From the NCBI GenBank assembly GCA_963977015.1, contig CAXBMO010000015.1, positions 32,001-96,000 of the forward strand: DNA of 64,000 nucleotides, written 5' to 3'. Positions 1 through 9,875 of this stretch are shown piece by piece. The position numbers and the translations under genes were made by a program. Position 1 is the stretch's first letter, and every line of letters begins with the position of its first letter. Below the pieces are notes generated by a model. The model was given only the letters and a program-made list of their open reading frames with translations. It did not search any database and was not told the origin of the DNA. The DNA is from an uncultured bacterium. GTDB lineage: Bacteria; Verrucomicrobiota; Verrucomicrobiia; Verrucomicrobiales; DEV007.

Positions 1-1
1 C

Positions 2-523
2 CCGGATCCCCGTCGCGAATCCAACTACCTTTTCCTGAACCAAGCCGGAAAAACCTTCGTCAACTCCACCGAAGAAGCGGGACTGACCAACTATCTTGCT
101 TCGGCATGCTATACCTACACGGATTATGATCAGGACGGTGATCTCGATATCATCATGGTTCCCATCGCCGGACCGATTGAAGTTTGTGAGAATCGGTTTC
201 CCACCAAGAACTCCATCGCCTTTGAAGTGGATGACCAGGTTGGGAATCGTTCCGGCATCGGTGCGAAGCTGATTATTCAGTATGGAGAAGGCGGGAAGCT
301 CAAGCAATACCGCGAAATCAAGGCAAGCGGCGGATTTGCATCCTTTGACGCACCGGTCGCTCACTTTGGCATTGGCGATGAAACATCGATTCAACAACTC
401 TGGGTCTTTTGGCCAAATGGCGACCAAACGAAGTTCGATCGCGAGTTCGAGGCGGGTCGGATCTGGCGGATTCGACGCACCCAGCCTGACTTGCCTGATT
501 CAAGTCCCAAACCAGAGTCATGA
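2..523 (+). CDS. CRTAC1/FG-GAP-repeat protein with C-terminal ASPIC/UnbV domain (5' end lies outside the window)
   Basis: Frame 2 is open from base 2 and reads PDPRRESNYLFLNQAGKTF...DYDQDGDLDII (FG-GAP motif), then GNRSGIGAKL...QYREIKASGGFASFDAPVAHFGIG...VFWPNG, typical of ASPIC/UnbV. Confidence 0.8.
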   Translation, partial: PDPRRESNYLFLNQAGKTFVNSTEEAGLTNYLASACYTYTDYDQDGDLDIIMVPIAGPIEVCENRFPTKNSIAFEVDDQVGNRSGIGAKLIIQYGEGGKLKQYREIKASGGFASFDAPVAHFGIGDETSIQQLWVFWPNGDQTKFDREFEAGRIWRIRRTQPDLPDSSPKPES

Positions 524-590
524 GGAAAACCGAACCACCCGCTCCCGCTTTGACACCTTGCCACAGGCTCGGTATCGTTGAAACGCACCA

Positions 591-2774
591 ATGTCTGTAA
601 AACGACTCAAGCTTCTAACTCGATTGTTGTGCTTCGCTTTTTTGTCGACAACCGGCCTCCAACTGTGGGCGGATGTCGTCGTTCCTTCGAAGAGTGCTGA
701 GCAAAGTCGAACGGAGAGAGAACGGGAACGCCGGAGCAAGATCGAGAAGATGGAGGGAAACCTGGGCGAGGAGAATCGCATCCCGACCCTGGCCGTCCAG
801 GATTTCAAGGTCGATCGCGGCGAGACCATCACGATTGAGTTGCAGACGGTTGGTGACAGCAATGCCCAGGCCGTGCACTACATCATCAAGGACGAGCCCC
901 TCGCCGGCACTCTTTCCGAAGTCCGTTTTCTGGATACCTCTCGATCGAAAGCCGAAGTCGATTACACCGCGACGGCGGATTCAAGGTTGCCTTCGGATCG
1001 CTTCAGCTTTTCCGCGCAGTATCCCAACGGTCGCGTATCCGCGCCACAGACGGTTTCCATCACCATCGTTCAGCCAAAACCAGCTCTCATCGCCCCGGCC
1101 AACCTCGACTTTGGAAAAACGATGATGGGCCAGGAAGCCACCATTGAGGTTAGCCTTGAGAACAAGGGTAACTACTACTTTGAAGGCGGCTTTAAATTGG
1201 AGAAACCGTTTTTCATGGTGCGTAAGCCGGGCGATCCGGAAACGATTCGGATTGATCCCGGCGAAACCAAGACGGTCACCTTTGGATTCCGGCCATTCCA
1301 TCAGGGCCTGCGAATGCATCGCATGAGTTTCCCGGCGAGTGAAGAGGGGTCCATCCGGTTTACCGGCGAAGGCTACGTCCCCTTCACCTTGGGCGGCCCC
1401 GAATTGACGTTGGCTTACGATCCAGAGACGCGCAGTCGCCGCGGAATTCTGAGTATTCGCGGCAACGACACCCCCGGAGTCCGATTGTCAGTGGACCCCA
1501 GCGAACGACTCTTTATCTGGGGTGGCCAGAAATACTGGCTGGAAGGACGCGACCTGATCAGCATGGTCATGCAATTGAATTCGACCGACACGGCACCGTT
1601 CGAAGGCGAGATTCTGATTGAGGCGGGTGGTTACCAACGTCGGGTCAAGGTCCAGGCTGACGCCAGTCCGGCCCACCTCGTCTTGACGGGACATCCGATC
1701 ATCGATTTTGGAAAAGTGGAATTCGGAAGCGAGGCCACCCAAACATTAACTGTCAGCAATTTGGGTGGCCAGGATGGTCGTCTCATCTGTCCCGATTTTT
1801 CGCCATTCGCATTGAAGGGCCGCCAATCCCTCTCCTCGATCCCGGTCCCGGCAAATGGCAGCATCGAACTGGAAATCGGCTTCCGCCCACCAAAGCCGGA
1901 GCGATTTCAACGAACCTTTAAACTTGATGGGGGAGACCAGAAGCTTCTCGTGATCCTGGAAGGGGAGGGAATGACGCCCGAAGCGTTGGCCGAGTTCGCC
2001 GATTTGAGAACGGACGATTCCGGAGCCTATGGATCGGTCGGCACGTATGCCAGCCAGGGACCTGACGGCCAGGTCAGAACCGGATCCGGGCTGATCCTGA
2101 GACCCGGTGCTGGAGGATCCAACCAGATCGTCTCGCCATTGGCCCGATCCAGCTATTACCAGGAATTGGCGAAAGCGCGCCAATCGCAATCGGCCCGCCC
2201 TCTAACCGCGGAAGACCTCAAACGGCGCGACCTCGTTCAGGAGATCGAAGCCACCGTGACCGGACAACTTGGTAAAATCCCGCTTCCGGTCACCCTCGCC
2301 CGTGACGGAATGCTCGCCTTCAGCCCTTACAAAACGAAGACGGATCCAACCTTGCCGAGAATTTCGCGCTTCGGCGTTATCAAATCAAAACCAACTTCCG
2401 TCAGTCTCGTTTTTCGGGCCCCCGCCGGCAAAGCATTTGAAGATTATGCGCTCGAGATGCGAATCACCCGGTCCAATCCCAAAAAGCAGCGCTATGAGGC
2501 GGTTTGGATTCCTTACCACAACGTGAAGTTCACCTCGAAAGACGAACTGGTTGTGGCGGAGTTGGTCGGGCTGAAACCGGACGCCTACTATTTGATGCGC
2601 TTGTTCACCATGGGGGAGGGCGAGACCAACAGTCTACCCTCGGAAGAATTCGGAACGCGCACGCCGGTTGCGAAGATGGGGTTGGGAATGCAGATGCTGA
2701 TCGGTTTGATCGCGCTCATCATTGTCTCCGTGGGAGGAATGCTGATGTATCTCAAGCAGACCGGTTTGGCGTAG
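591..2774 (+). CDS. Secreted, C-terminally membrane-anchored Ig-like protein (ASH/choice-of-anchor D-like repeats plus FN3-like domain)
   Basis: 727 aa. N-terminal signal peptide; repeated LDFGK...V.LEN.G and IDFGK...LTVSN.G...F.P modules; GLKPDAYY.MRL FN3-like motif; C-terminal hydrophobic helix. Confidence 0.65.
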   Translation: MSVKRLKLLTRLLCFAFLSTTGLQLWADVVVPSKSAEQSRTERERERRSKIEKMEGNLGEENRIPTLAVQDFKVDRGETITIELQTVGDSNAQAVHYIIKDEPLAGTLSEVRFLDTSRSKAEVDYTATADSRLPSDRFSFSAQYPNGRVSAPQTVSITIVQPKPALIAPANLDFGKTMMGQEATIEVSLENKGNYYFEGGFKLEKPFFMVRKPGDPETIRIDPGETKTVTFGFRPFHQGLRMHRMSFPASEEGSIRFTGEGYVPFTLGGPELTLAYDPETRSRRGILSIRGNDTPGVRLSVDPSERLFIWGGQKYWLEGRDLISMVMQLNSTDTAPFEGEILIEAGGYQRRVKVQADASPAHLVLTGHPIIDFGKVEFGSEATQTLTVSNLGGQDGRLICPDFSPFALKGRQSLSSIPVPANGSIELEIGFRPPKPERFQRTFKLDGGDQKLLVILEGEGMTPEALAEFADLRTDDSGAYGSVGTYASQGPDGQVRTGSGLILRPGAGGSNQIVSPLARSSYYQELAKARQSQSARPLTAEDLKRRDLVQEIEATVTGQLGKIPLPVTLARDGMLAFSPYKTKTDPTLPRISRFGVIKSKPTSVSLVFRAPAGKAFEDYALEMRITRSNPKKQRYEAVWIPYHNVKFTSKDELVVAELVGLKPDAYYLMRLFTMGEGETNSLPSEEFGTRTPVAKMGLGMQMLIGLIALIIVSVGGMLMYLKQTGLA

Positions 2775-2782
2775 CGCCAGGA

Positions 2783-3688
2783 TCATTGGCGAATCAAACG
2801 GCCGCTTTTTTCCCGAAGGTAGGCGATTGCGAAGCTGATTTCTTCTCCCTTCAAAAAGCTACAGACCAGCAGCATCATCAGGAACTGGAAGAGGAAGAGG
2901 AACATTCCATAAAAAATCGCGAGATGGAGCACCAATCCGAGCGCGACTCCCACCAAACGCGTTCGCGGAATCCACAGCAGAAACGGGAGCAGAAGTTCGA
3001 CAAGAATCACCGCCCAAGTCACCAGCTTCTGAAGAAGCAGGGATTGCAGGAAAAAGCCCGGAATTGGGAAATGCTCGTATTGGGCGAGCTGAAAGACGTA
3101 GTACAACGCATGCCCGCTGGTCCAGTCGTCGCTTTGCAGCTTGTAAATCGCCGACGAAAAATAGACCAGCGTGAGTTGAATCCGCACCAATTGCAGCGCC
3201 CATAGTTTCCTGGGCGTTGGAGTCTTGCTCGAGGAATCGATTGCCCAACGATTTCCCAGCGGCATCAGGATGAGGAAGAAGCTCAGCAACCGAAAAAGCA
3301 CGTCTGAAGCATCGAGAATGAGTGGATTGCGATTTTGGAAGGAAACCAGCCAGACAAATACCGCGATGGCCTGGAGTCTGGATTTCCAACCCAACAGAAG
3401 CGCAACCAAGTGAAATGCGAGCAGCGCAATCGCCAGCCAAACCACCCAATCACGCTTTGGGAGCAGCGCAAAAAGGGTCCACTGCGTCGAAAATTCGACG
3501 ACTGTCCTCGATGCGACGTAGGGGAGGAGACCGTGTTCACCAAACCAGAGCGTCCCATCCAACGCCAGAAATCCCAGATTGATCAGGCCCAGAATCGAAA
3601 ATCCGATCCGCAGAAGATCGCACGTCGTTGGATCGCCAAGCCCAAAAAAGAACCGATTCCACATGTTCGTCAGACGATTCGCCAACAT
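2783..3688 (-). CDS. HTTM-domain membrane protein (SdpB / vitamin K-dependent gamma-carboxylase-like)
   Basis: Multi-TM protein with LLRI, LLLGWKSR, SFQNRNPLILDASD, QLTLVYFSSAIYKL..DWTSG and ELLLPFLLW.PRTR...LHLAI motifs. ATG at 3688 overlaps the upstream gene's stop (TGATG). Confidence 0.8.
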   Translation of the reverse strand: MLANRLTNMWNRFFFGLGDPTTCDLLRIGFSILGLINLGFLALDGTLWFGEHGLLPYVASRTVVEFSTQWTLFALLPKRDWVVWLAIALLAFHLVALLLGWKSRLQAIAVFVWLVSFQNRNPLILDASDVLFRLLSFFLILMPLGNRWAIDSSSKTPTPRKLWALQLVRIQLTLVYFSSAIYKLQSDDWTSGHALYYVFQLAQYEHFPIPGFFLQSLLLQKLVTWAVILVELLLPFLLWIPRTRLVGVALGLVLHLAIFYGMFLFLFQFLMMLLVCSFLKGEEISFAIAYLREKSGRLIRQ

Positions 3689-4227
3689 CAGCGATAAAGC
3701 AGGGTTCGTTCTGAATAGAGGGTTGTGTCCCACCCACGCGAGTTTGGCATCTGGTCGCTTTCACTGTTGGAAGGAGGAGGCTCACTGGCGATCCAACTCC
3801 AGACAATCGCCGGTCTCGTCGTGGTACCACCACCACCATCAAACGCAAATTTGGAAAGGCCATCGAATGCCAGCGAGTCACTCATAAAAGGAAGAATGGT
3901 TTCATAGGGGCTCATTCGGTAGCTTCGCCATTTTTCAAAAATTCCCGTTTCCGCCCAATCCGGCGTCTCCCACAGCACGCCCTCGCTGCCGACCGCTTCG
4001 ATCTTCGCATTGTTCCGCTTAATCTCAGGACTGAACAAAGCCCACTCTCCTTGTTTCAGGCCGGTAGCCCATGCCACTGGTACGAATTGAGCCCGGATTA
4101 CGCGTTGGAAAGGATGAACAATCGGGAATGCCTGCACCACCATCAGCAGGAGAACCAGGAAGATGAATTTCGAAAGAATATCGTTGGAAATTGAGGAATT
4201 TGCATCCCCAGTGGATTCGTCCGCCAT
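3688..4227 (-). CDS. SdpA/DUF5819-like partner of the HTTM protein
   Basis: N-terminal TM helix followed by GLKQGEWALFSP, resembling the Q.W.LF.P motif of SdpA-like proteins; translationally coupled to the HTTM gene. Confidence 0.55.
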   Translation of the reverse strand: MADESTGDANSSISNDILSKFIFLVLLLMVVQAFPIVHPFQRVIRAQFVPVAWATGLKQGEWALFSPEIKRNNAKIEAVGSEGVLWETPDWAETGIFEKWRSYRMSPYETILPFMSDSLAFDGLSKFAFDGGGGTTTRPAIVWSWIASEPPPSNSESDQMPNSRGWDTTLYSERTLLYR

Positions 4228-4360
4228 ATCTCAAACTCTGCGCCGGAAGAGAACTTTTTAAAAGTTCAAATCCCCACGCAGTTTGTCTCAAAAAATACTT
4301 GGATAAAATTTGAGATGGGTGTTGACGTTAAGATTTCAATTGTGTTTACATCGTAAAACT

Positions 4361-5356
4361 ATGAACCGCAACGCTTTCGTCCTCCCTCTCTTGGCGGCCA
4401 TTCTTATGCCCGTTCAGTCACAAGCAATCACAGGAGGTCCCTGGGACCACCTGTTTCCCGAGAAGTTTAGCAGAAACAACACCGATGGCGTTTATGAGGC
4501 TGTTGTTTCGCTGACGAACGGGTCCGGCTTCATCAAATTTGAAAGTCAGGCTACGCGCTTGACGCTTGACGACCCGACCGTTGAAGAGCAGCAGGCCCAA
4601 GCCGGTTTTTTCTCCGCCACCACCACCTCCACGGACGTCAGCACAACGCTGGCTGCGGTGTCCAACTCGATCATCTTTTTCCAGGGCAATAGCTACTTTG
4701 GAAATACCTTTGGTTCCGTTGATGCCCAAACGGGTGATGTCAGTGGTTCTACCACGGGACAGTCTTCCATCGTCAGCAATATTGAGAACAGCTTGTCAGG
4801 TCTCACGGATACGGCCGGAGCCGCCATCGATGTCTCTGGTCTGTCCGAGACGATGAACATGTCTTTCACCGGTAACATTACCGAAAGAAACCCTCAGGTT
4901 CGATTTGAAGCCGAAGGCGACATCAACTTTTTGAGTCGGCCTCCCATCAACTTCCAGTTCATTACTCAAACCACTCCCGGGGCGCAAAACAACCCTCCGA
5001 CCACCACACTGGTCGCCACGATTGCTCAAATTGCAGCAGGCGGATCAACTACCGAATCCGTGACCACCACGGGTAATGAAACGACCACGACGCAGGACTC
5101 GACGGTGATCACTACCACGACCAACGATACGGTCGGCAATACCACGACCAACACCGTTCGCACTCAACAGACGGGAAGCGGTCCGGACACCAACACGATT
5201 GCGACCAACCGGACCAGAAACGAACCCACCGAGTCCTCAGGAGCACCTCTTGAGCCCGACTTGACCCGCACGATTCGTCTGTTCGGAGGTCGCGTGGCAC
5301 TTGAAGGCGTCTCCGCAGGGGATGCGACTGCCGCAGCGCAATCCGGCGGAGGTTAA
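4361..5356 (+). CDS. Secreted Thr-rich hypothetical protein
   Basis: ATG at 4361 after an A-rich leader; signal peptide MNRNAFVLPLLAAILMPVQSQA; long Thr/Asn-rich low-complexity segment near the C-terminus. Confidence 0.7.
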   Translation: MNRNAFVLPLLAAILMPVQSQAITGGPWDHLFPEKFSRNNTDGVYEAVVSLTNGSGFIKFESQATRLTLDDPTVEEQQAQAGFFSATTTSTDVSTTLAAVSNSIIFFQGNSYFGNTFGSVDAQTGDVSGSTTGQSSIVSNIENSLSGLTDTAGAAIDVSGLSETMNMSFTGNITERNPQVRFEAEGDINFLSRPPINFQFITQTTPGAQNNPPTTTLVATIAQIAAGGSTTESVTTTGNETTTTQDSTVITTTTNDTVGNTTTNTVRTQQTGSGPDTNTIATNRTRNEPTESSGAPLEPDLTRTIRLFGGRVALEGVSAGDATAAAQSGGG

Positions 5357-5385
5357 ACCCTTGCTACGGTAAGAAGATTCGGTTT

Positions 5386-5904
5386 ATGAATCCAAAATTT
5401 CGAAACCATCATCTTGGCTTTACCTTGGTCGAGATGATGGTTTCAATGGCAATAATGGCAACGCTCGCCGGGATCATGACGATCTCCTACGGGGCGTTTC
5501 GAGAGCGCGCCGAGAAGGTTGCCTGCATGGGCAAACTCAAAACTCTCCACAGCGCGTTCGCCACCCATGTTGAAGACGTTGGCTATTGGCCTCAGATTCC
5601 TGAGGACGTTGGCGATGCGTTCGAATACTACAATGCCATCATCAAAGCAGTATCTCCCTATGGGGGCGACCGCTACGCTTGGATGTGCCCGACGGAAGCA
5701 CGCATCGGCCTCGTAAGCATCTCTCGAGATGACTTCATGGGTTCCTACGCTCCCACCATGTACGACACCGTTCCCGGGCGACCCTATGAATGGGGATCAC
5801 AGCCCTGGTTGATTGAGCGCGTCGATAATCATGGGACCGGGCAACTCTTTGTCCTGCCCGACTCCTCGATTCACTCCGTTGGCGACCTGATGAAGGGCCG
5901 CTAG
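5386..5904 (+). CDS. Prepilin-type N-terminal cleavage/methylation domain protein (pseudopilin-like)
   Basis: GFTLVEMMVSMAIMATLAGI class III signal; RERAEKVACMGKLK motif common in PVC pseudopilins. Confidence 0.85.
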   Translation: MNPKFRNHHLGFTLVEMMVSMAIMATLAGIMTISYGAFRERAEKVACMGKLKTLHSAFATHVEDVGYWPQIPEDVGDAFEYYNAIIKAVSPYGGDRYAWMCPTEARIGLVSISRDDFMGSYAPTMYDTVPGRPYEWGSQPWLIERVDNHGTGQLFVLPDSSIHSVGDLMKGR

Positions 5905-5973
5905 CAGTGCCGTTTCCTCACAGGACTGCGATCGCTCGTTGAACTTCCTGTAGTCTGAAGCAAAGTTGGTTCC

Positions 5974-7563
5974 GTGAACGCGCACGCTCAACGGATCGCC
6001 TTTTTCGCCGCTGCGGTTGTTGCGACGCTCTTGGTCTATTTTCCAATCGCTTCATCGGCGGACCGCTATTCACTCTACAAAGTGCTGGGACGGATGCCCG
6101 CTTCGATCGAAGAGCCGACTCTGCCCAGCCACAGACTGACGGACTCCGAAGTTCCCAACTTTTCGCAGCTGAATCAGGAATACACTCGCGTAATCGCGCA
6201 TGTGATTCCTTCGGTCGTAAGTATTGACACCACTTCAGCCAAACAGGTTCCGGAACTGGAGATTGTGAAAAGCAAGGCCATGCGGAGCATGCGTATGCCT
6301 GACGGGAAAGAGGCAACGGTGATGATCCCGACCGAGACCCGCGTCACCAGCCGGGATATTTTCACCGAGATCCCGGGTGTTGGTTCCGGCGTTTTTATTT
6401 CAGAGGACGGCCACATCATCACCAATCACCATGTGGTGCAGGGTGCGGATGACATTTTGGTTACCACCCATGACCAACAGCAGTTCAATGCGATCGTCAT
6501 CGGTGCCGATTCCACCGTTGATCTTGCCGTCCTCCTGATTCCCGATGCCGGGGACCGAAAGTTCCCCGTCCTTAATTTTGCGGATTCGGAATCCATTCAG
6601 CCAGGCCAAATCGTTTTCGCCTTCGGAAACCCATTCGGCCTTTCGGAATCCATCACCCAGGGAATCATCAATGGAACGGGGCGCCGATTTTACGGTTCGA
6701 GCGACAACGCCTACATACAGACGGACGCAGTGATTAATCCCGGGAATTCGGGCGGCCCCTTGTCTGATATCTATGGTCAGGTCGTGGGAATCAACGTCAT
6801 CGCGTATGCCGGCGAACAGGATCCTGATCCCAGACGAGTCCGGGCCTGGCAGGGAATGGGCCTGGCGTTGCCCTCAAACCGAGTCGTGAGAGCCTATGAG
6901 GAAGTCATGAATCTCGGGCAACGCAAGCGGCCCTACCTCGGTGTCATTTTCAACGAAGTGAAGCAAGAAATGGCTGATGCTGTTGGACTGGAAGAAGCGT
7001 CAGGTGCGATGATTTACTCCCTCGAAGAGGACTCGCCAGCTCGCGATATTCTGCAGGAAGGAGACATTGTTTTGGAAATCGGAGGAGAACCGGTTCAATC
7101 CGTAATGGATGCTTCCCGAACGATTCGATCTCAATCTCCCGAGACCCCGGTTGAGATCAATGTGTGGAGAAAAGGGGCCAATCAGTCGGTCAAGGTCAAG
7201 CTGGCCCAGTTTCACGACGTCAACCAAATCGCGCGTTTGCCCGCCATCCTTTCAGAAGGTTTGACCATGTCGGAACTGCGAAGCTCGCTCGGATTGTTGC
7301 TTCGAGAATTGACGCCACGCGATAAAATCGAATCGGGAATGCCCAAAGATCTGGGCGGAATTTTCGTCTGGAGGGTTGATGAGCAGTCTCCCATGAGTGG
7401 CCATGTTGAAGGCTATGATTTGATCCACGAAATTAACGGACACCCGGTCTGGACGGAGGAGGACTTTTATACGCTTCTGAGCGAATTGCCCACTGATCAG
7501 CCATCCACAATGATGCTGACACGAAATCGCCGACGCTATTACCTTGAGTTTAGGCCTGGTTAG
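5974..7563 (+). CDS. degP: HtrA/DegP-family serine protease with two PDZ domains
   Basis: GSGVFI, TNHHVV (His), DLAVL (Asp), IQTDAVINPGNSGGPL (Ser); two PDZ-like C-terminal segments. Confidence 0.88.
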   Translation: MNAHAQRIAFFAAAVVATLLVYFPIASSADRYSLYKVLGRMPASIEEPTLPSHRLTDSEVPNFSQLNQEYTRVIAHVIPSVVSIDTTSAKQVPELEIVKSKAMRSMRMPDGKEATVMIPTETRVTSRDIFTEIPGVGSGVFISEDGHIITNHHVVQGADDILVTTHDQQQFNAIVIGADSTVDLAVLLIPDAGDRKFPVLNFADSESIQPGQIVFAFGNPFGLSESITQGIINGTGRRFYGSSDNAYIQTDAVINPGNSGGPLSDIYGQVVGINVIAYAGEQDPDPRRVRAWQGMGLALPSNRVVRAYEEVMNLGQRKRPYLGVIFNEVKQEMADAVGLEEASGAMIYSLEEDSPARDILQEGDIVLEIGGEPVQSVMDASRTIRSQSPETPVEINVWRKGANQSVKVKLAQFHDVNQIARLPAILSEGLTMSELRSSLGLLLRELTPRDKIESGMPKDLGGIFVWRVDEQSPMSGHVEGYDLIHEINGHPVWTEEDFYTLLSELPTDQPSTMMLTRNRRRYYLEFRPG

Positions 7564-7669
7564 GCAATATCGTATTTAAGTTTTAAAACGGATAAATTTT
7601 CTCAAGATTAAGAGGTACGTTTGACAGCAGATCCGAAGCAGCAAACACTCCCTCACAGATTCATCTCTC

Positions 7670-9052
7670 ATGAAAAATCATAAAGTTGCTGGAAGTATCA
7701 GCGGACCGGTTTTGGCCTTCCTAGGTGTCTTGGTAGTCGGCCTTGGCGTGGCTGCATTTTTGTTTGTGCCCAAATTCAAGGAGGTGTTGAAACAGAAAGC
7801 AGAAGACGAAATCGCTGCCACTGAGGATCCCAGCAACGAGTCCTCTCCCACAACTGCGGAACCCGAAAGCACTCCTGAACCGGTAGCTCCGAAGCCCGTG
7901 ATGGTTGAACCGGAAGGTGAAAAACCATCGCCGTATTTGACCGATTCGGTCCTGATCTCAGATCTGACATCCAAACTTCAAAGTGGGGACATCGTTGGCT
8001 TTTTGGAACTGTCGGGAGAAAAAATTGCCACACCAGTCAACAAACAACGGCTAAAGAGCCTCATCGTTGATCGCAAATATATCGTGGATGCCGATCGTCC
8101 CCAAGTTGAGCTCGGCAGCGAGGGAGACGCCAAATCCTGGGGAATCAATTTGACCCCTCCCGCTGAAAGCAAGGATTTGGGCGCACAGCAAATCAAATTG
8201 GGATTGGCCAATTCACCGAATTTGGGCTGGAACCTTGTCAGCCTGGCAGTTCCAGATATTGAAGCAATTGCCGCAGCTCAGGCGAAGAAAGCCAGCGAAG
8301 AGATGGAAGAGCCTGGCGTGAAACCGGTCGATATTGCGCGTGAATTCTTTGAGGCTGTGTTGAACCGGAATTTCCGAGAGGCGAAGGCACACGTCAATCC
8401 TGACCGGCTTACCGACGAGAAGCTAGCTGCACTTTTCATCGTCGTCGAAGAAGGCGAATTTAAGCCTCACAGCAAAAACGCCCTTGTTGCCACTGCCGCG
8501 CAGGAGCGAAATGCCTGGGTCATTGCGCGCCTGGAGTCTGCTGCAAAGCAATCCGATTTCGGAATCGAAATGGAGCGAAAAGCCGTGAGCGAACCTTGGA
8601 AAGTGGTCGGTTTGAACTTCTCCAAACTGATCCAGGCTCAAGCGGCGATGCTCGGCGCTGGAGATATTGCCTACACGCCCATCAAGAAGAACCTCAAAGG
8701 CGGCGACTCCCTCGTTCTTTATTTCGAGTATGACGATACTGAGTTGAATCCGCGAGCCGCAAAGCAGTTGGAAATTATTGCGCAGATTCTGAAACAGGAT
8801 CCCAAACGCCAGCTGCACATCAATGGGCATGCTGACGCGATGGGTGACGAGGACTACAACGAAGGTCTCAGTAACAATCGAGCCACCAATGTGCGCAGCT
8901 CACTGATTGCCTACGGGATCCCTGCAAACCAGATCGTGACAAAGGGTTTCGGGGAAAGCGCCCCTAAAGCGCCCAACCTCAATCCAGACGGAACCGACAA
9001 TCCGAGTGGACGGGCTCAAAACCGGCGGGCTGAAGTTTACCTCGACTTCTAG
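7670..9052 (+). CDS. OmpA-family peptidoglycan-binding protein with N-terminal TM anchor
   Basis: C-terminal LYFEYD...INGHAD..G.EDYN.GLS.NRA..V...GFGE..P...NRRAEV. Confidence 0.88.
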   Translation: MKNHKVAGSISGPVLAFLGVLVVGLGVAAFLFVPKFKEVLKQKAEDEIAATEDPSNESSPTTAEPESTPEPVAPKPVMVEPEGEKPSPYLTDSVLISDLTSKLQSGDIVGFLELSGEKIATPVNKQRLKSLIVDRKYIVDADRPQVELGSEGDAKSWGINLTPPAESKDLGAQQIKLGLANSPNLGWNLVSLAVPDIEAIAAAQAKKASEEMEEPGVKPVDIAREFFEAVLNRNFREAKAHVNPDRLTDEKLAALFIVVEEGEFKPHSKNALVATAAQERNAWVIARLESAAKQSDFGIEMERKAVSEPWKVVGLNFSKLIQAQAAMLGAGDIAYTPIKKNLKGGDSLVLYFEYDDTELNPRAAKQLEIIAQILKQDPKRQLHINGHADAMGDEDYNEGLSNNRATNVRSSLIAYGIPANQIVTKGFGESAPKAPNLNPDGTDNPSGRAQNRRAEVYLDF

Positions 9053-9082
9053 GTCGACGACCTCTTCCGACTCCCACTCAGC

Positions 9083-9814
9083 TTAGAGAAATTCCTGATA
9101 GAGGGGCTTCACAATGATCTCCGGCACGACGACGTGTTTGGGAAGTTGTGCAATCGCGACGACCATCGCCCCAATATCCTCAGGATGAACCATTTGGGCC
9201 TTCTTCTCGTCAGGGACCGGTTCCGGACGATCGTCCAACAGAGGCGTATTCACTTCGCCAGGGTAAACGTTGGTGATTCGGATCCCGTTTCCGGCTTCTT
9301 CGGCTCCGATTTCGGTTCCGAGCGCCGTTGCTGCGAATTTTGAGGCGGCATAAGCAGCTCCGGCAAGCGGCAAGGCCCGTTTGCCGGCAATCGAAGAAAC
9401 GTTGAACACGATTCCATCTTTTCGCTGGCGCATGGAGGGCAAAACCGCGTGAAGGACATTGAAGAAACCGGTGCAATTCACCGCGATCAACTTGTCGAAA
9501 TCAGACGGGTCGAGAACCTCCATTCGCCGTTTCGCGATATTGACTCCCGCACTGTTCACAACAATGTCGATTTCTCCGATTTGCTCGTTGGCCCACTCAA
9601 AAAGCTGCCTGGCGTCCGTACGGTCCGCCACATCGCAGGCTTTCACCAAAGGCGGATTTTCATCGAAAGACTCAGCAGCTTTTTTCAGTTTGTCCTCGTT
9701 TCGACCCGCGATCACGACCTTGGCGCCAGCTGAAGCAAGCGATTGGGCAATGCCCAAGCCAATCCCACTTCCACCTCCCGTGACGACAACGTTTTTTCCT
9801 TCGATGGGGTTCAT
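9083..9814 (-). CDS. Short-chain dehydrogenase/reductase
   Basis: TGGGSGIG, VNSAG, SSIAG and YAASK motifs. Confidence 0.9.
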   Translation of the reverse strand: MNPIEGKNVVVTGGGSGIGLGIAQSLASAGAKVVIAGRNEDKLKKAAESFDENPPLVKACDVADRTDARQLFEWANEQIGEIDIVVNSAGVNIAKRRMEVLDPSDFDKLIAVNCTGFFNVLHAVLPSMRQRKDGIVFNVSSIAGKRALPLAGAAYAASKFAATALGTEIGAEEAGNGIRITNVYPGEVNTPLLDDRPEPVPDEKKAQMVHPEDIGAMVVAIAQLPKHVVVPEIIVKPLYQEFL

Positions 9815-9875
9815 TTTCGAATCAGAGTCAGCAGGTTTTTAGAAATTTGTGGGAACTAGCCGGTCGGTTTGGAAA

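Noticed and set aside
4322-4352. Possible sigma70 promoter (TTGACG), and TTGACT at 11233
   Set aside because: No convincing -10 hexamer at canonical spacing.
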